A model generated the notes under the pieces. It was not told the origin of the DNA. It ran no database searches and saw only the letters and a program-made list of their open reading frames with translations. The position numbers and the translations under genes are program-made. 64,000 nt of DNA, taken from Sphyrna mokarran (Eukaryota). The stretch is taken from contig JAGIQG010000019.1 in the NCBI GenBank assembly GCA_024679065.1, positions 16,616,001-16,680,000 on the forward strand, in the 5' to 3' direction. Below, one piece after another: positions 25,272 to 36,660 of the stretch. Every line of letters starts with the position of its first letter. Position 1 is the stretch's first letter.

Positions 25272-25328
25272 TGACCACTACAACAGTGACTCGGACAACA
25301 ACCAAATCCACAACTGGCTCCACACCAG
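25272..25328 (+). CDS. muc19: PTS microexon, 57 nt (VTTTTVTRTTTKSTTGSTP)
   Basis: ccaaAG / GTcagt; phase 1-1. Confidence 0.7.
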
Positions 25329-25762
25329 GTCAGTGCTGGCTATTTCAATGTGTAATCACAAAGTTTGTGACTCAGGTTATCATATTTAAGTAGCTTCCAG
25401 AGTGAAATTATATTGCTTTATCTCTTGTAGATATTCAGATCAGTTCCTCCAAATATAATTGGTGAAAAAGGATAAGTATTTGAAAGAAGCTAGATCAGAA
25501 TCTGTTCTTGAGGAGGAATGCTGTGTCTATGTTTCTGAAAACCTTGGCCTTTTTTAGCATCTCATTTCAATTCACTCAAAGGCCATTCATTTTTCAAAGA
25601 ATCAAAACTGGGTCCATGGTCACTACTGACTTAACAACTTTTATTTGTTTCTTTTAATCACAGCAGTAGCAAGTACAACATATCTCCCTTCATTTCAAAA
25701 GTATAGAAACAAACACAAACATGTGCCGATTTATTATGTACTTTGAAGTCACTCTTCTTGTG

Positions 25763-26047
25763 GACAGCACGGTGGCACAGTGGTTAACACTGCTGTCTCA
25801 CAGCACCAGGAGCCTGGGGTCAATTCGGCTTCAGGTCACAGTCTGTTAGGAGTCTGCACGTCCTTCCCGTGTCTGTGGGGTTTCCTCCAGGTTGATTAGC
25901 TATGCTAAATTGCCCCCCTACTGTCCCAGGATGTATATCTTAGAGGGCAAATACATGAGGTTGCAGGGATAGGGTCTGGGTGGGATTGTTGCTGGTGCAG
26001 GCTCGATGGGCCGAATGGCCTTCTTTTGCACCGTAAGATTCTATGAT
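25763..26047 (+). mobile_element. HE1-like SINE
   Basis: cagcacggtggcacagtggtta head ... gggccgaatggcc...gattctatga tail. Confidence 0.85.
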
Positions 26048-26264
26048 TTTATAAATGCAATCGATGATGCAAATGTTGTCTTGCCACATTCCTATCCGTG
26101 TTTGCTTTTATAACTTATCATAGGGGAACATTCTTCATCCAGTTATTTCTGTGGTAAAAATAATTTTCCACGTTGTACTTTCATATCAATAAATAACTTG
26201 CTGCTGAAACTCACAACACTGCAGAATTTCAAATTGGAATTCAATTTCTTCTTTGTTTGTTCAG

Positions 26265-26321
26265 AAGCAACAACTACACCAAAAGGAACAACCACAGTTG
26301 TTGAGGGAACTACTACAACCA
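26265..26321 (+). CDS. muc19: PTS microexon, 57 nt (EATTTPKGTTTVVEGTTTT)
   Basis: ttcAG / GTaagt; phase 1-1. Confidence 0.8.
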
Positions 26322-26384
26322 GTAAGTGATGTCTTTCACCAATATTCAACACTGGGCCCTATTTTACCATTTTAATTCTAAATG

Positions 26385-27310
26385 CTGGGCGGACTTGGAA
26401 CTGGGAGTATTTGAGATGCAACTTTTAAACCCTTTCTCAGGCACCCCCCTACGCTCACTGCCTGCAAAAGTATCAGTGAGTCCGAACCTTGCTGCAGAAG
26501 CCTGTGGATGAGGCTTAATGCATCCGAAACTGCAGCACTGATCAGAGCCTCCAATTGCGCATGCACAGACAAAAAAATGATAGAGTACAGCTCCCCTGTC
26601 ACATCCCTCCAAAATAATGCCTCGCTCTGCCCACCTCCCCCCCTAGACATTGCCCCACTCCCCCCAATTCCCTCCCCGCCACCCACACTGATTGTGGGCC
26701 CCTCTCACCCCATTTTCTCCCCCCCTCACAGATCTCAGGCAGAGTGACAGCAGACCACCCTTCCCCTGCACTGATCTCAAGCAGACTGGGTGGCAGCGAA
26801 CTCCCCTTCCCCTTCATTGATCTCAGGCAGATGGGCAGCGGACTGCCCCCTTGCTTTCCACTGATCTGAGGCAGAATGGCAGCAGACCACCTTTTTTTTC
26901 TCCCCACTCCACCAATGTCAAGCAGATTGGCAGCAGATCCTTCCTCCCCCTCCACTAATCTCAGGCAGAGTGGCAGTGGACCCCTCTTCTCCCTCCCACT
27001 CCCACTGATCTCAAGCAGAGAGCCGTCAGACACTAGACACTTACCTCCTCACCTGCTGGAGTGCTTGAATTGGATTTTTGTACAGCATGTCTGTTTCACA
27101 CCGATTCTGGATAGACGAACCTGGTGGTAATAGAAGAAGTGCTGGTAAAGTTGGGAGTGCAGCCTATTAAGTCAATTTAAATGCATGCAAATGCATTTAA
27201 ATGGCTGTCGTGTCCATTTTGGGCGCAGTCCTGGCCTTGGTAAAGGGCGAACCAGCGCAGAGGCAGGCCTGAAAACGGGTGATGGCAAAATTAGACCCAA
27301 TAAGTCTGCT
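26385..27310. mobile_element. GC-rich insertion with internal ~45-bp tandem repeats (26725-27030)
   Basis: About 7 copies of actgatctcaggcagagtggcagcggacccc; it interrupts an intron that is paralogous to the short A-B intron. Confidence 0.6.
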
Positions 27311-27535
27311 TGCACCAGCCGACTTGTTTTGCTCCAGTGCAATTCATTCAGCCTTTTGTACACTTCCTTTTGGATGGAAATGGTTGCAAATTTACTAAAA
27401 ACCTGTCATTAATTTTGTAACATCCCATTTGCAGTGAGGTCAGTACAATGGTTTTATGGTCAAACTATACAAGAGTATTATGGTTCTTGTGCTGTGATGA
27501 AGGTGATTTTCATTACTTTTCTTCTTCCTTTCCAG

Positions 27536-27595
27536 GAGGGATAAGTACAACAGTGAAATCAACGACAATAGGGTCAACAACTAGCTCAACACGAG
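27536..27595 (+). CDS. muc19: PTS microexon, 60 nt (GISTTVKSTTIGSTTSSTR)
   Basis: tccAG / GTgatt; phase 1-1. Confidence 0.72.
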
Positions 27596-27986
27596 GTGAT
27601 TAAACGACTGCTTGTGATAAATGGTAGCAAAACAAATGAACCACGTTGTTTAAAAACTCTAGAAATCAATTACTTCAGCAATTGTAGATTCTCAGACCTT
27701 GTTTTCCCAATCAAAGGAAATGGATGGATTTTTCAGCATGTGAATGAAGGTAGATTGATCAGAGGTTGCTGAGGAGAAATCATAGGTGCCTGAATGATCT
27801 CTCCTGAGCACTGTTCTCAAGTTCATCTTTGAAACAATGTTATCAAGTGAGTCTTGTAGATCCCTTCCTTTTGTTTAGAAGTGTTGGATATTTTAAAACA
27901 TCTGAATATGCAAGTAGTTTTTTAAACAGCATATTTGCATCAAAAACAATGAAGTTATCTGCCAATAGAACACTTCTATTCTTCAG

Positions 27987-28036
27987 AAGTGACCACTAAA
28001 CCAGTGAAACTAGCTGCACAGCCAGCCCCACACCAG
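27987..28036 (+). pseudogene. Degenerate C-like microexon (50 nt, GC donor, out of frame)
   Basis: cttcAG aagtgaccactaaaccagtgaaa...caccag GCaagt; length is not a multiple of 3. Confidence 0.6.
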
Positions 28037-28431
28037 GCAAGTGACGGCTTCTTTTGGTACACAGTAGCAAAACCAGTGACACAAACTGTTGTTTGAACAA
28101 CTCCAGACACTTAATCCATACATTGTAGAGGGAATTGGGTTGACAAGTGACTTACTTGAATGAAATTTGACTGGAGTTGAAGAGCAATATCCATATAAAG
28201 AACAAATATCCATATTTGTGCATGCATCTGTCTCTCCCATTATCAACTTGCTCATCAACTTTTACTGAACCTTTTCTTAAGCGTGCCCTGATGCTTGAAT
28301 GAAATGGAAAATTTGCACTGCATTTTGATGATGATACCCAGGATTTTATTTGAAGCTGCTATACATTCATTAACATGTCTTGTCAAAGAATGCTTCTTGC
28401 ATCATGATGTGACTTATGTACTCTCCCCTTT

Positions 28432-28980
28432 TCTTGTTTGATTTGATTATTGTCACATGTATTGGGATACAGTGAAAAGTATTGTTTCTGTGCGCTATAC
28501 AAACAAAGCATACAGTTTATTGTACACAGGGGAGAAGGAAAGAGAAAGTGCAGAATGTAGTGTGATAGTCGTAGCTAGGGTATAGAGAAAGATCAAATTA
28601 ATATAAGGTCGGTGTATTTAAAAACCTGATGATAGAAGTTAAGAAGCTGTTTTTGAGTCAGTTGGCACGTGATTTCAGACTTTTGTATCTTTTTCCTGAC
28701 GGAGGAAGTTGGAAGAGAGTATGTCTCGGGGCATGGGGTCCTTGATTATGCTGGCTGCTTTTCTGAGGCAGTGGGAAGTGTAGACAGAGTAAGTGGATGG
28801 GAGTCTGTTTTGCGTGATGGACTGGGCCTATGTTCTCAACCCTTAGTAGTTTTTTGCAGTCTTAGACAGTGCAGAAGCTATACCAAGCTGTGATACAATC
28901 AGAAAAGAATTCTTTCTATGATTCATCTGTAAAAACTGGTGAGAGTTGTAGCAGACATGCCAAATTTCCTTAGTCTCTCT
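28432..28980 (-). mobile_element. Rex1/Babar-like LINE 3' fragment
   Basis: Minus strand reads RLRKFGMSATTLTSFYR*IIE. Confidence 0.7.
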
Positions 28981-29230
28981 CCAGTCATTTGAAATAGTAC
29001 TGAAGTACAGCCAATTATGCAAAGGATTGCCTTTGACACCCATATTTGCATTTGCTTTTCATAGTAAGGGAAGATAAATTTGTTGAGCTTGTTATTGCTC
29101 TAGGAAAATACATTTCCTCAGTTTTTGTACGTTAGTCTTAAAACAATTGCCTTGTGATGAAATTCTCAATATTGTAGGATTTAAAATTGGAGTTCAATAG
29201 TTTTGATTTCTTTTTCTTTTTGTTTTGAAG

Positions 29231-29293
29231 TAACCACTATACCAAAAAGGACAACTACTACTACAACTGTTATTAGTGAAATAACTACAACAG
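29231..29293 (+). CDS. muc19: PTS microexon, 63 nt (VTTIPKRTTTTTTVISEITTT)
   Basis: tgaAG / GTaagt; phase 1-1. Confidence 0.75.
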
Positions 29294-29554
29294 GTAAGTA
29301 ACGTCTTCACAATAAGTCTGTACACATTACTGCCCTTTCCCCAAACCCAGCTTTCAGGCATTGAATACATTTGCAAAATTATCTCAATACTTTGTTTCCA
29401 GCTGAGAATTTAAGGATATCTGTATCTGTGGAGAGGGTTTCAACATCACATTTGCAAAAATGAAATTAGAACATCAAATGGTGGGAGTCAGCAAAAATAA
29501 TTTGGTATTTTGATTGTATTGTGGTGTCTACCTTTTATGTTCCTTGTTCTTTAG

Positions 29555-29614
29555 AAGGGATCACTACCACAGTGAAGCCGACTACAACCCCATCCACTAT
29601 TGGCCCTACTTCAG
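29555..29614 (+). pseudogene. PTS microexon with inactivated donor (EGITTTVKPTTTPSTIGPTS)
   Basis: tttAG acceptor intact; donor reads ATgagt instead of GTgagt. Confidence 0.65.
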
Positions 29615-29940
29615 ATGAGTGTTGGCTTTGTTTGGCAGCAGCAAAACAAATAAATCAACTTGTTTCAACAACTTCCATGGACAAGAAGTCCTTTACTTCT
29701 AAATAATCAGCCCTCTCTTTTCAAACAGAAATGTTTAAGATTGAAAGAGTGCGTCTTGTTGGTAGTTTTTACTTGTTCATTTGGGAAGAAAAGAGGTCTA
29801 GTTCTTGTGGTCATGAAAGAAGACTTTTCCTCATTCATTGTATTTTAGTAATATTAGTATAATCTTCTGGGGAAACTCTCTTAATTCTGCATAATTTAGA
29901 TTTTCGGTAATGATTGTGAATTATTTCCTTTTATGTTCAG

Positions 29941-30000
29941 AAGAGATAACTATACTAAAAGAAACTACCAGAGCTGTCATCTCTGAAATGATTACAAAAA
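29941..30000 (+). pseudogene. Decayed PTS microexon with no donor (EEITILKETTRAVISEMIT)
   Basis: ttcAG acceptor; resembles the 29231 exon (VISE.IT) but no GT at the expected position. Confidence 0.45.
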
Positions 30001-30258
30001 AAATGATGTTTTTCCCCAGTAGTCACCAGCAAGTCTGTTCACATGTTTCTCAAATTCACTTTTCAGGCAACGTCAATCCACTCCAATCTTGTAGACCTAA
30101 GCAGAAATTATTGAAAATTTAAAGAATTTCAACTTACAGATAGTTTCGTGAATGTTGCATTTGAAGTAAAACCAAAGAAATAGTCTTCAGGTGAAAATCC
30201 ATTGGAATAATTAAATATTCAAGTTCTAGTTCATGTTACTGTTCTTGTCTTTCAAAAG

Positions 30259-30315
30259 GGGCTGCTTCAACAGTGAAACCAACTACAACTAGGTCCATCA
30301 CTGCCCCCACGTCAG
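30259..30315 (+). CDS. muc19: PTS microexon, 57 nt (GAASTVKPTTTRSITAPTS)
   Basis: ttcaaaAG / GTgagc; phase 1-1. Confidence 0.62.
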
Positions 30316-30434
30316 GTGAGCAATGTTTCTTGTGATATGCAGTAAGAAGACCAATGACAGAAGCCATCTTTTTTCAATGACTCCCAGACTGTGGAAGGCA
30401 TTATTTCAATCCAAATATAAATTTAGCACACACA

Positions 30435-30812
30435 AAGATAGAAAATGCTGAAAAATCTCAGCAGGTCTGACAACATCTGTGGAGAGAAAATGTAGCTGAC
30501 ATTTCTAGTTTGAATGACCCTTCACCAGAGCTAAGAGCAAAGAAAATCAGAAATGATTTATATTATGAGTGTGGTGGGGGGAGGGCAGGGGGTACTGGGG
30601 TGGGGAAGAGGCGTAGTGAGACATAGGGAATGTAAATGAGAAAGGAGAAAGCTGACAAAGGTACTAAAAGTGTCCATAGAGTGATGAGAATGTGTGAATG
30701 GCAGAGCAGAAGTACAGATGGTTAAGGCTGTTGGCCCACTCCTGAACTGGTGAACTGGTCAAAAATTCTCCACTTGGATAAAACTGGATCAGAGTGCGAG
30801 CATGAGGATAAA
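30435..30812 (-). mobile_element. Penelope-type fragment with a mutated hammerhead core
   Basis: Reverse complement gct-CTGGTGA-agggtcattcaaacta-GAAA-tg-TC-agc at ~30495-30531. Confidence 0.55.
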
Positions 30813-30816
30813 TGTT

Positions 30817-31172
30817 GTCATAGAGTCATAGAGATTTATAGCATAGGAACAGGCCCTTTGGCCTAATTGTCGATGCTGACTTTTATTTAACCACTGAACT
30901 AGCCCTAATTACCCACATTTTGCCCATATTCTCAAAATCCACCTTATCCACGTAACTGTCTAAATGCTTTTTAAAAGGCAAAATTATACTCGCCTCTACT
31001 ACTATTTCTGGCAGCTTGTTCCAGACACTCATTACTCTCTGTGTGAAAAAATTGCCCCTGTGGACCTTTCTATATTTCTCCCCTCTCACTTTAAACCTAC
31101 AGCCTCTAGTTTTAGACTCCCCTACCTTTGGGAAAAGATGTTGGCTATCTACTTTATCTATGCCCCTCATTA
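30817..31172 (-). mobile_element. CR1 LINE 3' fragment
   Basis: ORF 30883-31170 MRGIDKVDSQHLFP...FFTQRV..WNKLP; (catagagt)n tail. Confidence 0.88.
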
Positions 31173-31612
31173 TTTTATGTCCATATTTGTTAACACCTCT
31201 GTCTAAATTAGAGTCTACTTATACCCCAACATTGATTGAACATTTTTGAAATAATGACCTGACATTTAAATGAAATGTAAAGTTTGTATTTGAGGTTGAT
31301 GGTGATGCACTGTATAATTTTAAGCTCTTATTGAATTATTATCATATCTTTTCAAAGGATAATCCTCTTGATGTTATACATACTTACTTTTTATTTTCTT
31401 CTTTGATCCAGAAACTTGAAATAGTTTCTTTGAACAGTAACCAATTATAGAAATGTTTTTGCTTTGTTTTTGTGGTGTTCTCTTTGATATTGCTGTAGTA
31501 AATAGAATAGTACAGCGATGATATAGATCAAATAGCCTCCCACAGGAATTCTCAATACTGTTGGATCTGAAATTGGAATTCAATGGTTTTGACTGTTCTT
31601 CTTGTTCTTCAG

Positions 31613-31672
31613 AACGGATCACTACAACAGTGAAGCCAACTACAACCCAGTCCACTATTGGCTCCACACCAG
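31613..31672 (+). CDS. muc19: PTS microexon, 60 nt (ERITTTVKPTTTQSTIGSTP)
   Basis: ttcAG / GTgagt; phase 1-1. Confidence 0.82.
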
Positions 31673-32352
31673 GTGAGTGATGGTGACTTTCCATATACAA
31701 CAGCAAGACCAATGACAAACATCATTGTGTTCTCTGACAAGGGAATCAATTACTTCATAGTTATGAATATTTCTTCTAAAGTGACCACGTTGAAAGCAGT
31801 TGTTTGAATGGGTTATGATATGGCAGGTGGCAATTGCTGAGCTGACCAAATCCCAAAGGGATCAAGCTATCAAGCTAGCGATAAAGCAAAACCTTAGAGT
31901 CTTGTTTGTAGTACAGGACCTCAATCATCTTTTCAAATCATCTTCCAAGTGCATCTTGATCAACATTGGTTGAAACAATTCCAGTATTCAGTCATTTAGT
32001 TTGATCCAATTCCTTTGGGGTGGAGTTATTTGTAAAGTTCAGTATGCTCAATCCGCCATCAGTGTTGTGACAAGCTCTCCCTTGGGAGCTTTAACTATCG
32101 GAAAATCAGATTGTTAATGTTTAAGCAATTTCATCTATAAGTTTGATCCTTTCATTCCATTCTGTGTCCTTTTGTGGCTGCTTATTTAATAAAATTCTCA
32201 GCAAAATTTTCAATCCTGTTCGTAAACTGTAAGGTTTATGCTGGTGCTCACAGTCTGCAGACATTACAATTCCAAAAGAATTATTTCCAGATGTTGTCAA
32301 CGTTTCTGCCATGATATGGTGTTGATTTTGAAAGTTCTTTCTTTGTCTGCAG

Positions 32353-32415
32353 GACCAACGACAACAACAACAACACAGGAAATAACAACAACACCTGGGA
32401 AACCTACTACAACAG
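32353..32415 (+). CDS. muc19: Microexon A1, 63 nt (GPTTTTTTQEITTTPGKPTTT)
   Basis: tgcAG / GTtagt; phase 1-1. Confidence 0.85.
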
Positions 32416-32698
32416 GTTAGTGCAGTTTCTTTTCAATATTCACCAACAAGTCTGTTCACAGTGGTGTGCTTATCAGCTTCAATGTCAGTTCATTTGTTCA
32501 GTCTTGCCCACACCTCCTGTTCAAAGGAAATGGTTGAAAATTTACTCAAATTTGAATCATCAATTGGATTTGTGAACCTCATTTTTACACTAAGATCTAT
32601 ATGATAGTCTATATGATGGTTTTCTGGTCAAAGGGGACAGGAATACAATGCTGTTGACATTGTGGCGAATTGGTTTCATTCTTTTTCTTCTCCTTCAG

Positions 32699-32758
32699 AA
32701 ACGATCACTATAACAGTGAAACCATCTACCATTGGGCCCCCTCCAGGCTCCACATCAG
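32699..32758 (+). CDS. muc19: Microexon B1, 60 nt (ETITITVKPSTIGPPPGSTS)
   Basis: ttcAG / GTgagt. Confidence 0.85.
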
Positions 32759-34075
32759 GTGAGTAACGGCTTCTTTTCTTCAACAGCAGCAAGAGCAGGA
32801 AAGAAGTGAAATAAACACAGATAGTGGTGGAAATATTCAGCAACGCTGACAACACCTGCTGAGTATTTGCAGCACTTTCTGTTTGTATATCAGATTTCCA
32901 GCAAGCACAGCATTTTACATTTTATTTAGTGAAAAAGTGATTGCTTTTCAGCACCAAGTATCAATTCATCATTTCAGCATGGGAGGCGCTGTGACTACTT
33001 TCCAAAGGGAAATAGTATTTTTACTGCTTGAATAAAGGTAGATCTGAGGTGGGAGCTGAGGGGAAATGCTGTGTGCATGAATGTTCACACCAGTGCACTC
33101 TTCTCAAATTCCCTTTTTAGACAACACCCGTCCATTCAGTCAGTTTTGTCGGCATTTCCTTATGTAATATTTCAAATCATCTGAATCCAGGTTTACTATT
33201 GCAAACAACACAATTGCAACAAAGCCAGCTGTCACAAAGCTGGCTGATGTTAACACTGAGAATGTCCCAACTGGGAAACACCAGTTCATGGAGGTGTATG
33301 ATTTTGTCTGCTGGAACAGTGAAAGGGACCATGCGTAATTGCCACAGAGAACAATAACCAGTTCAATCATTGTACAACATTTATTAATGTCTATTTATTA
33401 CAATGAAGAAAAGACACATATACACACAAACAGGATTATAGGACATTTATGAGTAAGACTAGTAAACCCACCCACACAGTTTAATAAGGAATTACCGTTC
33501 TGATCCAAAGCAGGTTTACAAGATCTGAACTATTTCAGCTTTAAAGATTGAAATATCTCCTCAGAGGATGGTGTCTCTTCACCAGATTCCCATTATTTAC
33601 AATCTTATCTCCACTTATAAGAGTGCGTCAGGATCAAAGTCAAAATTCAGAGTGTGAGGAACCCTGACAGTCCCAATTTTATATGCAGTTCACACTCCCT
33701 GATTGGTGGGCAATTATTAGCACAATCAGGGAGCATATAGTGCAAGAAGCCAAACTCCTGGCCTCACTGAGGTCATTACAAGATCCATTCTTATAGCTGG
33801 CTCTATGCCTTCTTGCTTGTGTTACTTCCAATATTAACATGAATGTCTTCCCCAAATTGTACCAATGCCTCCCCAAATTATTTCCAATTTGCAGGATGCT
33901 GTGTTTCTTTTTAGTCTGTCTACAACTGCTAATCTTGTTACTGAGTTTCCCATCCTGTGATAGACCTTTTAAAATGTTTGCGCATTTATGACAATAACAA
34001 AGTAAATCTAATAATAAAACAGTGTTAGCTTTATGTTGTCCAACAGTGAAGTTGATTGTGTTCCTTGTTCTTCAG

Positions 34076-34135
34076 AAGTCATCACTACAACAGTGAAACC
34101 AACGACAACCAGTTCCACTACCATCCCCCCACCAG
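34076..34135 (+). CDS. muc19: Microexon C1, 60 nt (EVITTTVKPTTTSSTTIPPP)
   Basis: ttcAG / GTgagt. Confidence 0.85.
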
Positions 34136-34807
34136 GTGAGTGAAATCTTCTTTTGTTACGCAATAGCAAAACCGGTGTCGCAAACGGTTCATTTGCACCA
34201 ATTTCCAGACAGTGGAAAGACACTGCTTCACACTTATTTCTAGTTAGTGCCTAACTTTCCAAGTGAACTAATTAATAATGGACTGATTCAGATGAAGTTC
34301 GATGAGAACGTGTACATGAGAAGAAATATTTTCTCTGTGTTTCTGTGTGTACTGTTCTCTCCTAGAATCTACTCACTCAACAATATTTCCTGAACCTGTT
34401 CCTAAATATCGCCTGACATTGGAATAATTTCTGCAGTCTGCATTACACGATGATGCTGATATGCAGCATCTTTGTCAAAGTTCAGCAGTTTCCATAACAT
34501 ATCATATCAATCGATCTTCCCCTTAGCATGATGTGATTGTTAAAATTCTTCAATTTTCATCTCTCGCTCTGTAATTTAGAATATTTTTGAAACAATTGCA
34601 AAGTTCTAAATGTGGACGTGCCTTTGTTGTGTTCAGCTTTGCTCCTTGATTCTTCAAGTTAGTTGAGCTCGTTAGTAGCTGTAGACAGTGTGTTCCTCAT
34701 TCTTGTTGCCTGACTGTGAATTAAATCAGCTAATGTTGGAAGTCTATTAATACAGCTGGATTTCCAGGCAGAGTGCAGTGGTTTTGAATAATTCTCTTTT
34801 CCTGTAG

Positions 34808-34852
34808 CAGTGACAACTACAACAAAAGGAACACCAATTCCGACGACAACAG
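34808..34852 (+). CDS. muc19: Microexon D1, 45 nt (AVTTTTKGTPIPTTT)
   Basis: tgtAG(cag) tandem acceptor / GTaatt. Confidence 0.8.
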
Positions 34853-34879
34853 GTAATTGAGATTTTCCTTCAATATTGG

Positions 34880-35450
34880 AATCTCCCTATGAGATACTCC
34901 CTCGGTTATGACGATGACTTCCTTCCACTGGGGATCATGGGATGGCAGATGAGTCCAATGGACAATCTGCACGTTCTGCCGCATGCCGGAAGGATTTTGC
35001 TTCAAGAAATTTTAGATAACATGCTTGGGGATTTGTGTGCTCATTCGTATATCCCAAATTTATCTCTGCGACAGTGTTTTGCGGTGTGTTTCCATTTGGG
35101 TCAGTCAGAGGCCAAGTACTCCCATGAATTGATGGGGATGTTTGGTGTCATCAGGAATCCTTCAAGACAGCCCTGAGGTGTTTCTTGTGTCCCACGGGTG
35201 TCTCCTTCTACCAGTGCATTCTGGGCAAAGCCGTTGCTTTGTGAGTCTGGTGTCAGGCATCAAATGTCATCTTCTGCCCAGCAGAAATGTTTACGTATAA
35301 TTGTTGCTTCACTACTGAATATGTTGTCTTGGGAGAGGATGCTGGCTGTTAGAAAACCTTTCTTGCCATAGATAAGGAGTACCTTGCAAAGACACTTGTG
35401 TTACAATTCTCCAGTGTTTTGAGGTGCTGCTGTAAGTTGTCAAATTTGAC
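34880..35450 (-). mobile_element. RTE-clade LINE fragment in the D-A intron (repeated in every unit except after D4)
   Basis: Minus-strand NIPINSWECLASDRPKW and CxxCGRTCRLSIGLICH C-terminal motifs in paralogous copies. Confidence 0.7.
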
Positions 35451-35572
35451 AAAGCAGAAAAGAGTGTGGTGCTCTGTCCTGTACGATAGAACAAAAACTT
35501 AGCCTCTTGTTTGTAGTACAGGGCGTCAATCATCTTTTCAAATCTGCTTCCAAGTGCATCTTAATCAACATT

Positions 35573-35826
35573 AAGGGGTGGTAGTTATAGGACGGATTTC
35601 AGAGGTAGGTTCTTTACCCAGAGTGTGGTAAGGGTATGGAATGCCCTGCCTGCTGCAGTTGTAGATGCACCAAGTTTGGGGGCATTTAAGAGGTTAGTAG
35701 ATAGGTTTATGGATGAAAAGGGAATGGTTTAGGTTATAGGGTCATTGCTTTTTCTTAATTGGTAGGCGCAACATCGAAGGCCGAAGGGCTTATTCTGCGC
35801 TGTAATGTTCTATGTTCTATGTTCTT
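35573..35826 (+). mobile_element. Unit-specific CR1 3' insertion (254 bp) with AACATT TSD
   Basis: Other units show the empty site cttaatcaacattggctcag; (tgttcta)n tail. Confidence 0.9.
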
Positions 35827-36254
35827 AACATTGGCTCAGACAATTCCAGTCCATGACTTCGTACTTTGGTTTGATCAAATTCCTTTGGGATGGAGTTATT
35901 TGTAAAGTTCAGTATTCTCAATCTGCAATCAGTGACGTTTTCACATTCACAAAAACAGTGTTGTGACAAGCTCTCCCTTGGGAGTTTCTCTATCGGAAAA
36001 TCAGATTGTTAATGTTACAACAGTTTCATCTGTAAGTTTGATCCTTTCATCCCATTTTGTGTCCTTTTGTGGCTGCTTATTCTAATAAAATATTCGGCAA
36101 AATTTTCACTCCTGTTCGTAAGGGTACAGTTTGTTCTTCATGCTGGTGCTCACAGTCTGCAGACATTTCAATTCCAAAAGAATTATTTCTAGATGTTGTC
36201 AATGTTGCTGTCTTGATACAGTGCTGATTTTGAAAGGTCTTTCTTTGTCTGCAG

Positions 36255-36317
36255 TACCAACGACAACAACAACAACACAGAAAACACCAACCACACCTGG
36301 GAAACCTACTACAACAG
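36255..36317 (+). CDS. muc19: Microexon A2, 63 nt
   Basis: tgcAG / GTtagt. Confidence 0.85.
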
Positions 36318-36600
36318 GTTAGTGCTGTTTCCTTTCAATATTCACCAGCATGGCTTTTCACAGTGGTGTGCTTATCGGTTTCAGTGTCTGTTTATTTGTT
36401 CAGTCTTGCCCACACCTCCTGTTCAAAAGAAATGGTTGAAAATTTACTCAAATTTGAATCATCAATTGGATTTGTGAACCCCATTTTGCCACCACGATCT
36501 ATATGATAGCCTATATGATGGTTTTCTGGTCAAAGGGGAGAGGAGTACAATGGTGTTGACATTGTGGTGAATTGGTTTCATTCTTTCTTTTCTCCTTCAG

Positions 36601-36660
36601 AAACGATCACTACAACAGTGAAACCATCTACCATTGGGCCCCCTCCAGGCTCCACATCAG
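36601..36660 (+). CDS. muc19: Microexon B2, 60 nt
   Basis: ttcAG / GTgagt. Confidence 0.85.

Noticed and set aside
25664-25700. Possible extra microexon (cag|cagtagcaagtacaaca...)
   Set aside because: No phase-1 donor at a suitable distance, and it is not Thr/Pro-rich.
25763-25835. tRNA gene
   Set aside because: The A/B boxes belong to SINE heads followed by SINE body and tail; no full cloverleaf.
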